DNA of 64,000 nucleotides, taken from NCBI GenBank assembly GCA_965230535.1, contig OZ246010.1, forward strand, positions 48,637 through 112,636, read 5' to 3'. Position 1 is the first letter of the stretch. Every line of letters begins with the position of its first letter. The notes beneath the pieces are model-generated. The model made no database searches, was not told the origin of the DNA, and saw nothing but the letters and a program-made list of their open reading frames with translations. Positions 37,033-47,629 of the stretch are shown here, piece after piece. The position numbers were made by a program, and so were the translations under genes. This DNA is from Parvicellaceae bacterium. Lineage in GTDB: Bacteria > Bacteroidota > Bacteroidia > Flavobacteriales_D > JAUILH01.

Positions 37033-38475
37033 TTATTTAGACGGAATGTTGGCTAGTATTTCCACCAAAAAGCTCCAGAATTTCTGAACTGATGCGATTT
37101 TTGTCTTCTCATCCGGAGAATGTGGATTTCTAATAGTAGGTCCAAAAGAAATCATGTCCAGCCCCGGATATCTCTCTCCAAGAATGCCACATTCCAAACC
37201 GGCATGACAAGCCATCACGTTTGGTTTTTCGTTAAACATACTTTCATATTTTCCTTTCATCAATTCAAGTATTTCTGAATTGGGATTTGGTGCCCAACCA
37301 GGATATGAGCCTGTGTGCTCCACATTGGCTCCCATTAAATGGAAAGGTGCTCCAACGGTATTGGCTATGTCCATTTTTGATGACTCGATGGAACTTCTTT
37401 GTAAACTTTGAGTTTTAAACTGACCATCTTTTACAATCACTCTGGCCAATGATGATGATGTTTCAACTAAGCCTTCAACAGCTTCACTCATTTTAAACAC
37501 ACCATTATGAACAGCAAATATTGATCTAATAATTCTACTGGTATCTTCCTGACTTACAGACTCACTAGAACCATTCATCTCATCAATTAAAACAACCAAA
37601 TCAGGCTCGTTTACCTGATATTCGGCTTTGATGTCGTTGACTAAACTCTGAATGTCCGTTTTGAATGATGGTTTGGCTACAACGGTTGCAAATGCTTCTC
37701 TCGGAATTGCATTTCTCAAGCTTCCTCCATTGATCTCTACGATTCTTAAATCATGCTCCAAACCTTCTTTCATAAGTCTGTTCATGATTTTATTGGCATT
37801 GCCTCTCCCCAGGTTGATATCCATTCCGGAATGTCCTCCTTTCAGGCCTTTTACTTCTATAGAGAAGGTTTGATGTCCAGCCGGAACAGCTTCTGTAGAA
37901 TAAGTGTATGCTGTATTCGTATCGATTCCACCAGCACAACCAATTGAAAACTCGTCATCATCTTCCGTATCCAAATTCAGAAGAATTTCTCCATCCAGAA
38001 TGCCTTTCTCCAGCTCGAAAGCCCCTGTCATACCAGTTTCTTCATCAATTGTAAATAAAGCTTCAATGGCTGGGTGAGCCAGGTCATTTGAAGACAATAC
38101 AGCCATAATTGCTGCAACGCCCATTCCGTTGTCCGCACCAAGCGTAGTCCCCTTAGCTTTCACCCACTCACCATCAATATACGATTGAATACCCTGGGTT
38201 TGAAAATCGAAATCAGTATCGGCATTTTTCTGGTGAACCATATCCAAATGCGCCTGCATTATAACAGTTTTAGCATTCTCCATTCCCGGAGTAGCCGGCT
38301 TTTTAATGATAACGTTACCTACTTTATCCTCATATACATCTAAGCCCAGGTTCTCACCAAAAGCTTTTGCAAAAGCAATCACTCTCTCTTCCTGTTTACT
38401 TGGTCGAGGAACTGCATTTAAATCTTCAAAATGATTCCAAACCACTTTTGGTTCCAAATCTCTTACTTCACCCAT
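37033..38475 (-). CDS. pepD: aminoacyl-histidine dipeptidase (M20 family)
   Basis: 'WNHFEDLNAVPRPSKQEERV' and 'MQAHLDMV' are typical of PepD. 480 aa. Confidence 0.8.
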   Translation of the reverse strand: MGEVRDLEPKVVWNHFEDLNAVPRPSKQEERVIAFAKAFGENLGLDVYEDKVGNVIIKKPATPGMENAKTVIMQAHLDMVHQKNADTDFDFQTQGIQSYIDGEWVKAKGTTLGADNGMGVAAIMAVLSSNDLAHPAIEALFTIDEETGMTGAFELEKGILDGEILLNLDTEDDDEFSIGCAGGIDTNTAYTYSTEAVPAGHQTFSIEVKGLKGGHSGMDINLGRGNANKIMNRLMKEGLEHDLRIVEINGGSLRNAIPREAFATVVAKPSFKTDIQSLVNDIKAEYQVNEPDLVVLIDEMNGSSESVSQEDTSRIIRSIFAVHNGVFKMSEAVEGLVETSSSLARVIVKDGQFKTQSLQRSSIESSKMDIANTVGAPFHLMGANVEHTGSYPGWAPNPNSEILELMKGKYESMFNEKPNVMACHAGLECGILGERYPGLDMISFGPTIRNPHSPDEKTKIASVQKFWSFLVEILANIPSK

Positions 38476-38761
38476 GATATTTCTCTTTTAATTTTGCTTC
38501 TGTTTTTACGCAATATCTAAGCATCAGCCAGCCGTAAATTCCGCCAGCTACAATGCCCAATCCTATTAAATGTGACAAGAAGATTTTTGATCCGAAATAG
38601 TCGCCCCAATTGTCTACAACTTTTCCGAAATAAACACTCTTAATGGCAAAAATGAGAATCATGGCAGCACCAAATGCGCCTCCAAAAGTGGCTACAAAGG
38701 CCCATTTTCGGTCTCTCCACTTTACCCAAAAATTCATGAATCGTTCATCTACCTTGTCCAT
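38468..38761 (-). CDS. small membrane protein
   Basis: 97 aa with two hydrophobic helices. Overlaps the pepD start by 8 nt. Confidence 0.45.
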   Translation of the reverse strand: MDKVDERFMNFWVKWRDRKWAFVATFGGAFGAAMILIFAIKSVYFGKVVDNWGDYFGSKIFLSHLIGLGIVAGGIYGWLMLRYCVKTEAKLKEKYHG

Positions 38762-38811
38762 ACTGCTAAAATAACAATACTTCCTTGAAATATTTGGATA
38801 TTTGAGCTAAA

Positions 38812-40335
38812 GTGAGCAAAATAAAAGACATATTGGAGCAAATCAGTTTTAGACAGTTGATGATTATCGTGTCTGCTGTTTTCTTCAGTCTTTCTTTGTT
38901 TGTTTTTCAGGACTATGGAATTTCATGGGACGAACAAAGGCAACGTGAACTAGCCATCAATAATTATGACTATGTAGTGAACGGTGAAGATGGTCTTGAA
39001 AACTTTAGAGACAAGGATTACGGAATTGGTTTTGAAATGCCACTCTTCCTGCTGGAACGTGCTGTTGGACTTGAAGACTGTCAAAGTATCTACCAACTCA
39101 GACACCTGGTGAGTCATTGGTTTTTCTTATTCGCGGCCATTGTTTTTGCCTATCTGATCCATGGTATGTTTGATAATAAATGGCTGGCTGTTTTGGCTTT
39201 CCTATGCCTGGTTCTCCACCCCAGAATATACGTGCACTCTTTTGTAAACAGTAAGGACATTCCATTTTTGGGTGGCATTATCTTATTCCTGGCTCAACTC
39301 AGAAGGTACATGATCAGCCCTAATTGGAAACAACTTGTCTGGTTGATCGTCGCCAGTGTTTTTGTAATTAACCTAAGAATCATGGGAGTAGTTGTTCTGT
39401 TGCCAGTACTTATCTACATGCTCTTCTCAGGAAACGGGCATAACAGAGTCAAACACGTGGCCATCTTCATATGTGGTGTTCTGCTAACATTGCTCGCTAC
39501 CTGGCCGTATTTATGGTCCGATCCAATTTCAAATTTCAGTGCTTCTCTTGGAAATATGGGTGATTTCAGGTGGGATGGTTCGGTGTTTTTCCTTGGAGAA
39601 ACTTATGCTGCCACTGATAAACCATGGTTTTACTCTCTGGTTTGGTTCATCATTTCAACACCGATTCTATTCCTGATATTTGGCGGCATTGGTCTGTTCG
39701 ACAGAGCTTACGCCTTACTAAAAAGCAAGGACAATCTCTTTGACATAAATCAATATCTGAACATCACAGGGATCTATTTGCTTTTTGGAACTCTATTGGG
39801 AACAGTGGTTTTCGGATCCGACAATTTTGATGACTGGCGCCATTTGTATTACATCTACCCATGCTTTATTATTTTGGTTATTGCCGGGCTTAGACTTATT
39901 TGGGACAACTTCCCTAAAGCTCTACTAATTGTACCGATCTACATGGCTTGGCTAGTTTTTAATCTGATTAAACTGCATCCTCATCAACAGGTTTATTTCA
40001 ATGAATTGGTTCCTAAATCCGAGCACTACATTCGTGATAACTTTGACATGGATTATTGGGGTTTGTCCTACAAACAAGGGTACGAGCACATCCTAAAAAC
40101 AGACAACTCTCAAACAATTCGGGTTTTTGTTGATAATTGGCCCGGGGAATTGAACCTGTGCAGTCTTACCCAAAAAGAACGGAAAAGAATACAATTGACT
40201 GACTCGGCTCTGGAAGCAGATTATTTCATCACCAACCACCGCTTTCAACAGGGCAAGCAGTACTTTTTTGAAGAAATTTACACGATCAAAGTTCAGGGAA
40301 GCACGATACTCAGTGTGTTCAAAATTCAGAAATAG
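38812..40335 (+). CDS. GT-C fold (ArnT/PMT-like) membrane glycosyltransferase
   Basis: About 11 TM helices, a first-loop 'WDE' motif, and a soluble C-terminal domain. GTG start. Confidence 0.5.
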   Translation: MSKIKDILEQISFRQLMIIVSAVFFSLSLFVFQDYGISWDEQRQRELAINNYDYVVNGEDGLENFRDKDYGIGFEMPLFLLERAVGLEDCQSIYQLRHLVSHWFFLFAAIVFAYLIHGMFDNKWLAVLAFLCLVLHPRIYVHSFVNSKDIPFLGGIILFLAQLRRYMISPNWKQLVWLIVASVFVINLRIMGVVVLLPVLIYMLFSGNGHNRVKHVAIFICGVLLTLLATWPYLWSDPISNFSASLGNMGDFRWDGSVFFLGETYAATDKPWFYSLVWFIISTPILFLIFGGIGLFDRAYALLKSKDNLFDINQYLNITGIYLLFGTLLGTVVFGSDNFDDWRHLYYIYPCFIILVIAGLRLIWDNFPKALLIVPIYMAWLVFNLIKLHPHQQVYFNELVPKSEHYIRDNFDMDYWGLSYKQGYEHILKTDNSQTIRVFVDNWPGELNLCSLTQKERKRIQLTDSALEADYFITNHRFQQGKQYFFEEIYTIKVQGSTILSVFKIQK

Positions 40336-41219
40336 ATCCAATGACCCTGAATACCATGTTTGTTAAATTCCAAAGTAGGCATAGGAATCTTGATCATATC
40401 CAAAACATGCAACACAGGCTTCAGCCAGGGTTTAGAGACCTTTATTTTAGTTAAGTCAATATCCGGCGACAAATAAAACTGTCTATACCTGTTAAAAGTA
40501 CTTTGATAAATTCCGGCGTCCTCTGGCCTGCCCGAAATCATCTCCTCTCCTCCATAACCTGCAGCAATATTCAACCAGGCCGGAAACTTGCTCTTCTTTT
40601 TTAGAAACGAGCCTATATTGACACTCATCCAGTAGGTTTGTCCGTTGTAATCCTTCATCAATCGTTCGGGAGTATTATTGCCCAGTACATTTGGTCGGTA
40701 GCTTGCATACGGACTCAGATGAGCCGAGACCTTAAACTTGATTCTTTGCTCATCCCAAAAATGTTCCTGTAACATAAAAGCAGCCGTACCTAACGTGTTA
40801 GCAGCAATGTCACCGGTTGAGAAGCCCCAATCACTTGAAAAACCATCCAAAACCTCCATAGACAGGAGGTAAAAGCTCCCTAATGTTGCACCATACCACA
40901 AAGACTTCTTCTTGTTGACACCAGCCCATCTCAAAGTTTTATAGCCCACATTTCCCAGATAATAACTCGTCATGGTATGACCAAACTTGTCCATTTGAAG
41001 CCATTCTGCGTTGTCGTTAAAAGAATGGAATTTGGTTTGATCATAGTACTGATACCACAGGTAATTGAGTAAGAAAATACTTGACGTATAGCCGGCTGCT
41101 TCCGTAATAATAACGCCTGTCAATCTAGGTTTAGACAAAGTATCTGCCGGTTTAAAAAACTGAGCATTTGCCCCTGAAATACAGGAGAGCAAAAGTACTA
41201 TAAGCAGACAGCGTTTCAC
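40326..41219 (-). CDS. DUF2279-like (YfiM-like) outer-membrane/periplasmic protein
   Basis: Signal peptide and 'DKFGHTMTSYYL' motif. The family assignment is tentative. Confidence 0.45.
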   Translation of the reverse strand: MKRCLLIVLLLSCISGANAQFFKPADTLSKPRLTGVIITEAAGYTSSIFLLNYLWYQYYDQTKFHSFNDNAEWLQMDKFGHTMTSYYLGNVGYKTLRWAGVNKKKSLWYGATLGSFYLLSMEVLDGFSSDWGFSTGDIAANTLGTAAFMLQEHFWDEQRIKFKVSAHLSPYASYRPNVLGNNTPERLMKDYNGQTYWMSVNIGSFLKKKSKFPAWLNIAAGYGGEEMISGRPEDAGIYQSTFNRYRQFYLSPDIDLTKIKVSKPWLKPVLHVLDMIKIPMPTLEFNKHGIQGHWIYF

Positions 41220-41283
41220 TTACCAAAGATAAGTCGCATTTATGAAGATTACTTACTTTAGCGCCAACATTTCGTCTAACACT

Positions 41284-42066
41284 ATGGAACACGTACTCAC
41301 CTTATTAATGTTGATTGTCCTTCAGATTGTACTGGGGTTTGACAATTTGCTCTACATCTCTCTTGAATCGAAAAAAGCGCCTCTTGAAGACCAATCGAAA
41401 GTGAGAAAGCTTGGAATTGGACTTGCCATCGTTCTTAGAATTGCGCTCTTATTCATCCTGGTAGAACTCATTAAATACTTTCAGGACCCTGTGTTTTCAA
41501 TTGAGATAGATGATGTTGTTTCCGGGCATTTCAGCATTCATAGTTTAATTGTACTGGTCGGTGGAGGTTTTATTCTTTACACAGCTGTAAAAGAGATTTG
41601 GCACATGATGTTAATTGAAATTCACGACCATAAAGAAGTTAAACCTGCCTCTGCTAATAAAATCATTACTTCCATTGTAATCATGAATCTGGTGTTTTCT
41701 TTCGACTCCATTTTGAGCGCCATGGCTTTAACAGATGTCTTTTGGGTGATGGCCACAGCCATTGTGGTAAGTGGCGCTTTGATGATTTACCTGGCAGACA
41801 AAGTCTCTGACTTCCTTAAAAAGAACAGAATGTATGAGGTTTTGGGATTGTTCATCCTATTTATTGTTGGCGTGATGCTATTGACTGACGGCGGTCATTT
41901 GGCTCATCTACACTTGTTTGGAAACGAGATTACAAAGATGAGTCCTACCACCTTCTATTTTGTAATTGCCGTGCTGGTAGTTGTGGAAATCGTTCAGGGT
42001 CGATACCAAAAGAAGTTGCTGGCGGAGAGAGAAGCACAGCTAAAAGAACTTGAGAAGAAAAAGTAA
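41284..42066 (+). CDS. TerC family integral membrane protein
   Basis: 'LGFDNLLYISLE' and a second 'FSFDSILSA' TerC repeat motif. Start moved to ATG 41284. Confidence 0.75.
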   Translation: MEHVLTLLMLIVLQIVLGFDNLLYISLESKKAPLEDQSKVRKLGIGLAIVLRIALLFILVELIKYFQDPVFSIEIDDVVSGHFSIHSLIVLVGGGFILYTAVKEIWHMMLIEIHDHKEVKPASANKIITSIVIMNLVFSFDSILSAMALTDVFWVMATAIVVSGALMIYLADKVSDFLKKNRMYEVLGLFILFIVGVMLLTDGGHLAHLHLFGNEITKMSPTTFYFVIAVLVVVEIVQGRYQKKLLAEREAQLKELEKKK

Positions 42067-42077
42067 ATAAATGAAAA

Positions 42078-42108
42078 CGCCCCCGGAAAACCGGAGGCGC
42101 TACTTTTT
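42078..42108 (+). terminator. terminator after the TerC-family gene
   Basis: CGCCcCCGGaaaaCCGGaGGCG followed by ctacttttt. Confidence 0.55.
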
Positions 42109-42122
42109 CATAATTTGCAGTC

Positions 42123-42848
42123 TTACTGCGTGATCACCACTTTCTTGGTGATGCTTTGTTGTCCACTGGACAGTTTCACCCAATAGGCTCCGGGAGCCAG
42201 GTTGCTTAAGTTTAAATCGTGTCTCAACCCCGATCCATTACTCATCAAATTGTCAGTATGAACCACAGAACCTACCACATTGAAAACATTCAACTGAACG
42301 CTCCCTTTCATTTGTGAGTTTAGATTTACAGTGAATTCACCTTTATTAGGATTTGGATAGATGTCCATATCACTTGAATTGAGCTCCACAGTACTTAAAG
42401 CCTGATCTTCTCCATCAAATTCAACGATATATCCACCAATGTGCCCCATAAAACCTTCGTCATTCCATTTCCAATTGGTTCTTTCCCAAACGGCAATGTT
42501 CTGCTCAGTTCTTTCAAGGAAGTTATTTGGCTCTCCAACCGCCCAGTTATTATAGGCGAATTCTTCACCAGACACCCAATTCCAATTATTGGCGGCATCT
42601 TTATAGGCTCCAAGCCAGTATTCTGATTGCTTATTCTTTAACAGCTTCTCAATGGCCTTTTGTTCTTTCGCTGAGGTTACAGTGGCCAAATGCCAACCAT
42701 CTCCCAGCTTATTCGCCTCAACATCAGCCATACTCCACGAAATCTCATTGCTCTCAACAAGCATGTAGGTATGACCGTCTTGCTCGACGGTTTGAGCCAT
42801 TGTAGCTCCAGTTAATAAACAAGCACTTAAAAAGTAGATTTTTTTCAT
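42123..42848 (-). CDS. C-type lectin domain protein with T9SS C-terminal sorting domain
   Basis: 'WLGAYKD...NWAVGEPNN...WKWNDEG' carries the EPN and WND motifs. The C-terminal domain is 'IYPNPNKGEFTVNL...GAYWVKL'. Confidence 0.75.
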   Translation of the reverse strand: MKKIYFLSACLLTGATMAQTVEQDGHTYMLVESNEISWSMADVEANKLGDGWHLATVTSAKEQKAIEKLLKNKQSEYWLGAYKDAANNWNWVSGEEFAYNNWAVGEPNNFLERTEQNIAVWERTNWKWNDEGFMGHIGGYIVEFDGEDQALSTVELNSSDMDIYPNPNKGEFTVNLNSQMKGSVQLNVFNVVGSVVHTDNLMSNGSGLRHDLNLSNLAPGAYWVKLSSGQQSITKKVVITQ

Positions 42849-42897
42849 ATTGATTGATTTTTAGTTCAAGCAACATGATCCAAACATTGTGCCGAAA

Positions 42898-43932
42898 TTA
42901 CATCCCTAGCTCTGCAAGTCGGGCAGCCACTTTTGCCAAAAGCACCTTACGCTCTTTATAGCCAATGAATGCAGCCTTAAAACTGTTGTTGATAAGTGTA
43001 TGAATTTCGGATTTACTCAAACCAAAAGTCTCATGTACGGTTAAGAATTCTTTGCTCAGAGTTGTATTCGAAATCAATCTATTATCCGTATTCAATGTAA
43101 CTCTGAGTCCCTGATCTAAATAGGATTTCACAGGGTGAGCTTCTAAAGACGGGACACATTGTGTTTGGACATTACAATTCACACACATCTCCAGCGTGAT
43201 TCTATGATTCAAAACGTATTCCAGTAAGTCCTCATCTTCAAACAAGCGAGTTCCGTGCCCAATTCTATTAGCCCTGGTAAAATGAATGGCCTGGTGAATA
43301 GATTCCGCGCCATAAGCCTCTCCTGCGTGAACCGTTGTATTGATATTGTTATTGATGATGTGGTAAAATGCTTCTTTGTGGTCCTTTGCAGGATAATTTT
43401 CTTCAGGTCCTGCCAAATCGTAGGCCACCACTCCCCTGTCTTTGTAGTCTACAGCCAATTTTGCCAGTTGTAAAGACACTTCCGGAGTCATACTTCTAAT
43501 CCCACACACAATGATGCCAACTGTGACCGGAAATTCGGTTTCTGCTTTTTCTTTCCCTTTAATAACCGCCTCTATGACCTGCTTCAACGACAACTCCTTC
43601 TCAGTATGCAAAACCGGAGAAAAACGAATCTCAATGTGCCACACATTCTCTTTGGACACATCTTCAATCAATTCATAAGTACACCTTTCCAATGCTGACT
43701 CGGTCTGCAAGACCTTATTTGTAATAGCGAAGGCTTTCAGGTAATCTTCAAGAGATTCACATTCATCTCCCACTTGCAAGTAAGATGTCAGGTCATTGTG
43801 ATTATTATGAGGCAATTCTACGCCATTTTGTTTCGCCAATTCGAGAATGGTTTCAACTCTAAGAGAACCATCCAAATGGCAGTGTAATTCTGCTTTAGGA
43901 AGTGATTGAAAAAAGGCAAGGTCAAAATTCAT
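42898..43932 (-). CDS. add: adenosine deaminase
   Basis: 'KAELHCHLDGSLR', 'HAGE' and 'LNTDN' motifs. Confidence 0.85.
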   Translation of the reverse strand: MNFDLAFFQSLPKAELHCHLDGSLRVETILELAKQNGVELPHNNHNDLTSYLQVGDECESLEDYLKAFAITNKVLQTESALERCTYELIEDVSKENVWHIEIRFSPVLHTEKELSLKQVIEAVIKGKEKAETEFPVTVGIIVCGIRSMTPEVSLQLAKLAVDYKDRGVVAYDLAGPEENYPAKDHKEAFYHIINNNINTTVHAGEAYGAESIHQAIHFTRANRIGHGTRLFEDEDLLEYVLNHRITLEMCVNCNVQTQCVPSLEAHPVKSYLDQGLRVTLNTDNRLISNTTLSKEFLTVHETFGLSKSEIHTLINNSFKAAFIGYKERKVLLAKVAARLAELGM

Positions 43933-44018
43933 GGCTGCAAATATATTAGATGCCAGAGCAATTTGACAATATTATGATGGTTTATAAGCACAAAGCTGAG
44001 TAAATTTGTCGCATTAAT

Positions 44019-45191
44019 ATGAAAACGGTTGTTGTAGGATTATCTGGAGGCGTTGATTCAAGTGTGGCAGCGCACTTGTTGGTTGAACAAGGCTATAACG
44101 TCATTGGGATGTTTATGAAGAATTGGCACGATACGAGCGTGACCATTTCTGATGAATGCCCATGGGAAGAAGATGCGAATGATGCACTTTTGGTTGCTGA
44201 ACATCTTGGGATTCCCTTTCATACCATAGACTTGAGCGAAGAATACCGCGAAAAGATTGTAGACTACATGTTTGAAGAGTATCGGGTTGGCAGAACACCT
44301 AATCCGGATGTACTTTGCAACAGGGAAATTAAGTTTGATGTATTTCTGAAGCACGCTTTAAAACTCGGTGCAGACTATGTGGCTACAGGGCATTATTGCA
44401 GAAAGGGAATTCTGAATGAAGGCACTCCGGAAGAAAGCTATCAGTTATTGGCCGGAAAAGATCCGAATAAAGACCAGAGTTACTTTTTATGTCAGTTAAC
44501 ACAGGAACAATTGTCCAAAACTTTGTTTCCCATTGGTGAATTGTTAAAACCTGAGGTTAGAGAAATAGCGGAGAATATTGGTTTAAATACTGCTAAAAAG
44601 AAAGATTCTCAGGGATTGTGTTTCATAGGAAAAGTAAAGCTTCCTGATTTCTTAAAACAACAACTAAAGCCAATTGAAGGTAATATTGTTGAGATTCCGG
44701 CTGATCATTTGATGTATGCTGACAAGCCTGAGAATCTGACAGATGCTTCAAAACCTTTTGTGTATTCTGAATCTGATGGAAAAGTAGTTGGCAAACATCA
44801 TGGGGCTCACTTTTTTACCATTGGTCAGAGAAAAGGCCTCAACGTGGGAGGCACGCCTCTTCCATTGTTTGTAATTGGAATCAACACTGAAACAAACACT
44901 GTTTATGTTGGTCAGGGCGACACACATCCAGGACTGTTTAGGTCTGCACTTTTCATTGAAGAAAACGACATTCACTGGGTAAGACCAGATTTGAAAGAAG
45001 ATTTCCTGCACAGCAAGAAAATACTGGCTCGAATCAGATATCGCCAAACGCTTATGAATGCTGAGCTTCACAAGAGCAACGAAGGTTTATTCCTTTCTTT
45101 TGAAGAGCCGGTAAAAAGTGTAACGGCAGGTCAATTTGCCGCATGGCACCTTGATGATGAGTTGATCGGATCAGGCGTGATCAGTGCCTAG
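44019..45191 (+). CDS. mnmA: tRNA 2-thiouridine(34) synthase
   Basis: PP-loop '[14 protein letters not shown]', 'NPDVLCN', 'KDQSYFL'. Confidence 0.9.
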   Translation: MKTVVVGLSGGVDSSVAAHLLVEQGYNVIGMFMKNWHDTSVTISDECPWEEDANDALLVAEHLGIPFHTIDLSEEYREKIVDYMFEEYRVGRTPNPDVLCNREIKFDVFLKHALKLGADYVATGHYCRKGILNEGTPEESYQLLAGKDPNKDQSYFLCQLTQEQLSKTLFPIGELLKPEVREIAENIGLNTAKKKDSQGLCFIGKVKLPDFLKQQLKPIEGNIVEIPADHLMYADKPENLTDASKPFVYSESDGKVVGKHHGAHFFTIGQRKGLNVGGTPLPLFVIGINTETNTVYVGQGDTHPGLFRSALFIEENDIHWVRPDLKEDFLHSKKILARIRYRQTLMNAELHKSNEGLFLSFEEPVKSVTAGQFAAWHLDDELIGSGVISA

Positions 45192-46127
45192 AATTATATT
45201 CAGAACTTCTTCTGGTAGAATATCCTTAATGTTCTCTCTTGTTTCAGATTTTTCCGGAGTCAGCACATGAGCTTGCTGTCCAATTGGTGCCCAACGTCCC
45301 GGATGAATAGGTCTGATATCCACAAACAAGCCAATGGCTTTCACACCAAACATAGCCGCAATGTGAAGCGGTCCCGTACTACATGCCACTAAAGTTCCTG
45401 ATGATTTCACAAACTCAATGAGTTCCTTCAAATTCATCTTTCCACTTTGATCTACAAGCCGATCTCCAAATGTAAAGGCACTGCGAAATGATTTTCCTTC
45501 ATCTTCAGTTCCGGTTAAATGCACCGTAAATCCTTTGTCAACCAGTGCATTTGCCAATTTCACAAAATGCTCCAAAGGCCAATCTACCGCACTCCCCCTG
45601 GATCCAGGGTGCAGTATGATTTTCTTTGGATCTGATGTCAAAGAATTCGATACACCATAAAGTGCTTCAAGTTGCCCAAGGTTTAATTCATCTTTAACCC
45701 CTAAAACTTGCAACAACTTCATATTAAGCTGTGCTTCATGCAGGTCCGAACGTTTTCTGGAGAATTGCACTCTCATATTACACGTAGTGAAATGGTATAA
45801 CCTCCCTCCTGTTCCTATCCTATTAGTAATTCCCGCTTTTTTAGCTGCCTGAGCAATCGTTTTTCGAGGAAAGACATGGATGATCGTATCTGATTGAGTC
45901 GCTAAAAGCTGCTCAGCTAGTTCTCCCACAGAAAAAGACTCGTCAAAAGTCAGGAATTCATCTATATGTGCCGACTCCATTACCACATCCTTTACGTAGG
46001 ACTTCCCGAAATATATGAGATGACAATTAGGATACAAGTCTTTGATTTTCCCGCAGAGAGGCAAAGTCAGCACAGAATCTCCTATGCTATCCGTTCTGCT
46101 TACAATAATTCTCTCAGGACTTTTCAC
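45171..46127 (-). CDS. glycosyltransferase family 9 (heptosyltransferase-like)
   Basis: '[18 protein letters not shown]' and C-terminal '[11 protein letters not shown]'. Confidence 0.7.
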   Translation of the reverse strand: MKSPERIIVSRTDSIGDSVLTLPLCGKIKDLYPNCHLIYFGKSYVKDVVMESAHIDEFLTFDESFSVGELAEQLLATQSDTIIHVFPRKTIAQAAKKAGITNRIGTGGRLYHFTTCNMRVQFSRKRSDLHEAQLNMKLLQVLGVKDELNLGQLEALYGVSNSLTSDPKKIILHPGSRGSAVDWPLEHFVKLANALVDKGFTVHLTGTEDEGKSFRSAFTFGDRLVDQSGKMNLKELIEFVKSSGTLVACSTGPLHIAAMFGVKAIGLFVDIRPIHPGRWAPIGQQAHVLTPEKSETRENIKDILPEEVLNIILGTDHA

Positions 46128-46863
46128 GGTTCAATTCTCTTAGGGTCTTATATTTTACAACATTCGATTGCGCTGATATCATAGCAATGTTCCAACCGGC
46201 CTTTCCATCTAAAAAACCTGCCTTTACAAAGTAAACTGAGAAAAATTTGGCAATCGCACTTAAATATGGTTTCAAAGGTCCGCAGGTTTTTCCGGCATGG
46301 TGCATCTTCTGAGCAGTTAACACACTGTACTTATCCGCCCTGGCTCTATGGTCCTTTTTATCGTAATATGAATAATGAAGCAAATCGCCTTTTATATGTG
46401 TCTGCTTCAATCCATCCAAAGTCAGTTCTTCGTGAACAAAATCGCCTTCCCACTTCACTTTGTCTTTGGGAAACAAGCGCACCTTTACATCAGGATACCA
46501 ACCGCAATGACGTACCCAGGAACCACAATAATTAGTTAATCTGTTAAATGAATAAACTCCATTTAAATTATTTTTAGTCAATGATTTAATCGAAGAAACC
46601 AGTTCATCATTCAAACGTTCATCCGCATCAATAGACAGGATGTAATTATGTGTGGCTAAATCGTTGGCGAGATTCTTTGTTACCGAATAGCCTTTCCAAT
46701 CAGTTTGTTCGAATCGCACCCCCTTTTCAAGACAAATTTGCTTGGTATTATCTGTCGAATGAGAATCCAGAACAAGGACTTCATCACAGACTTTCAACAT
46801 AGAATCTATACAGTCTCCAATGTTTTTCTCTTCATTTAGCGTTATGACAACTCCGGAAATCAA
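46114..46863 (-). CDS. glycosyltransferase family 2
   Basis: 'VVITLNEEKNI...VLVLDSHSTDNT...SIDADE'. Confidence 0.75.
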   Translation of the reverse strand: MISGVVITLNEEKNIGDCIDSMLKVCDEVLVLDSHSTDNTKQICLEKGVRFEQTDWKGYSVTKNLANDLATHNYILSIDADERLNDELVSSIKSLTKNNLNGVYSFNRLTNYCGSWVRHCGWYPDVKVRLFPKDKVKWEGDFVHEELTLDGLKQTHIKGDLLHYSYYDKKDHRARADKYSVLTAQKMHHAGKTCGPLKPYLSAIAKFFSVYFVKAGFLDGKAGWNIAMISAQSNVVKYKTLRELNREKS

Positions 46864-47492
46864 TAGCCTTTGGTTAAGTTTTTATTCATCAGAAAGGTTT
46901 CCTTGCGTAAAAGAAGATATTCCGCACCTCCCTTGATTAAAGCAATTGCCAATATGATCAGATCTTCATCTACCTGCATCATAATCAAAGCCGCAGTCCA
47001 GATCAAGATTGGCATCAATTCTATACAACGACGAGTAAAGAAGCCTTTCACTTCACACACCCGGTACTCCATCCCTCTTACAAACTCCATGTAATAATTC
47101 CCATATGCACCAAGTCCTATGAGTGGTAATAACCATATTTCTTTTCCCGCACTATCTATCATTGTATTGAACAAGTCGCCGATATTTGCGAACTTCTCAC
47201 CTATAGGTAAATCTTTATCGACTAACAAAACCAGAAACAGCAGGACACCTAACAACATTCCGGACCAAAGAATCATCCATGGAAATTCGGCTTTATTCAT
47301 TTTGACACTTACACGCTTTTCCTGCTTAAGTTTTCGCCATTTCAATAACACGACTACACCTTTGGCGACAAAATCGAGAATGAAGTAAAATATGAGCAGA
47401 GCGTAATCCCATCCGGACAACACACCAATGATAGGAATTAGTAATTCCAAACCAAGCTGGATGAGTTTTTTGTGTTTTGCGATGAAATTCAC
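46860..47492 (-). CDS. hypothetical membrane protein
   Basis: 210 aa with about 5 hydrophobic helices. Overlaps the GT2 start by 4 nt. Confidence 0.5.
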   Translation of the reverse strand: MNFIAKHKKLIQLGLELLIPIIGVLSGWDYALLIFYFILDFVAKGVVVLLKWRKLKQEKRVSVKMNKAEFPWMILWSGMLLGVLLFLVLLVDKDLPIGEKFANIGDLFNTMIDSAGKEIWLLPLIGLGAYGNYYMEFVRGMEYRVCEVKGFFTRRCIELMPILIWTAALIMMQVDEDLIILAIALIKGGAEYLLLRKETFLMNKNLTKGY

Positions 47493-47629
47493 GTTTCAAA
47501 GTTAATTTAAATGACCTAATGGAGTTGAAACCTGAAAAAATGTCTGTAAAAGCCCGCTAAAACTGTCAAAATGGCCTCTTTATTCGTTTGGCTTTTAATT
47601 TGATCACAGTTCATCAAAAATAAACGAAC

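Noticed and set aside
657-42066. The TelA-like gene (657-1862) and the TerC-family gene (41284-42066) as a tellurite-resistance (ter) operon
   Set aside because: The two genes are about 40 kb apart on different strands. No terD, terZ or terB genes are visible, and TerC-family proteins are common housekeeping membrane proteins.
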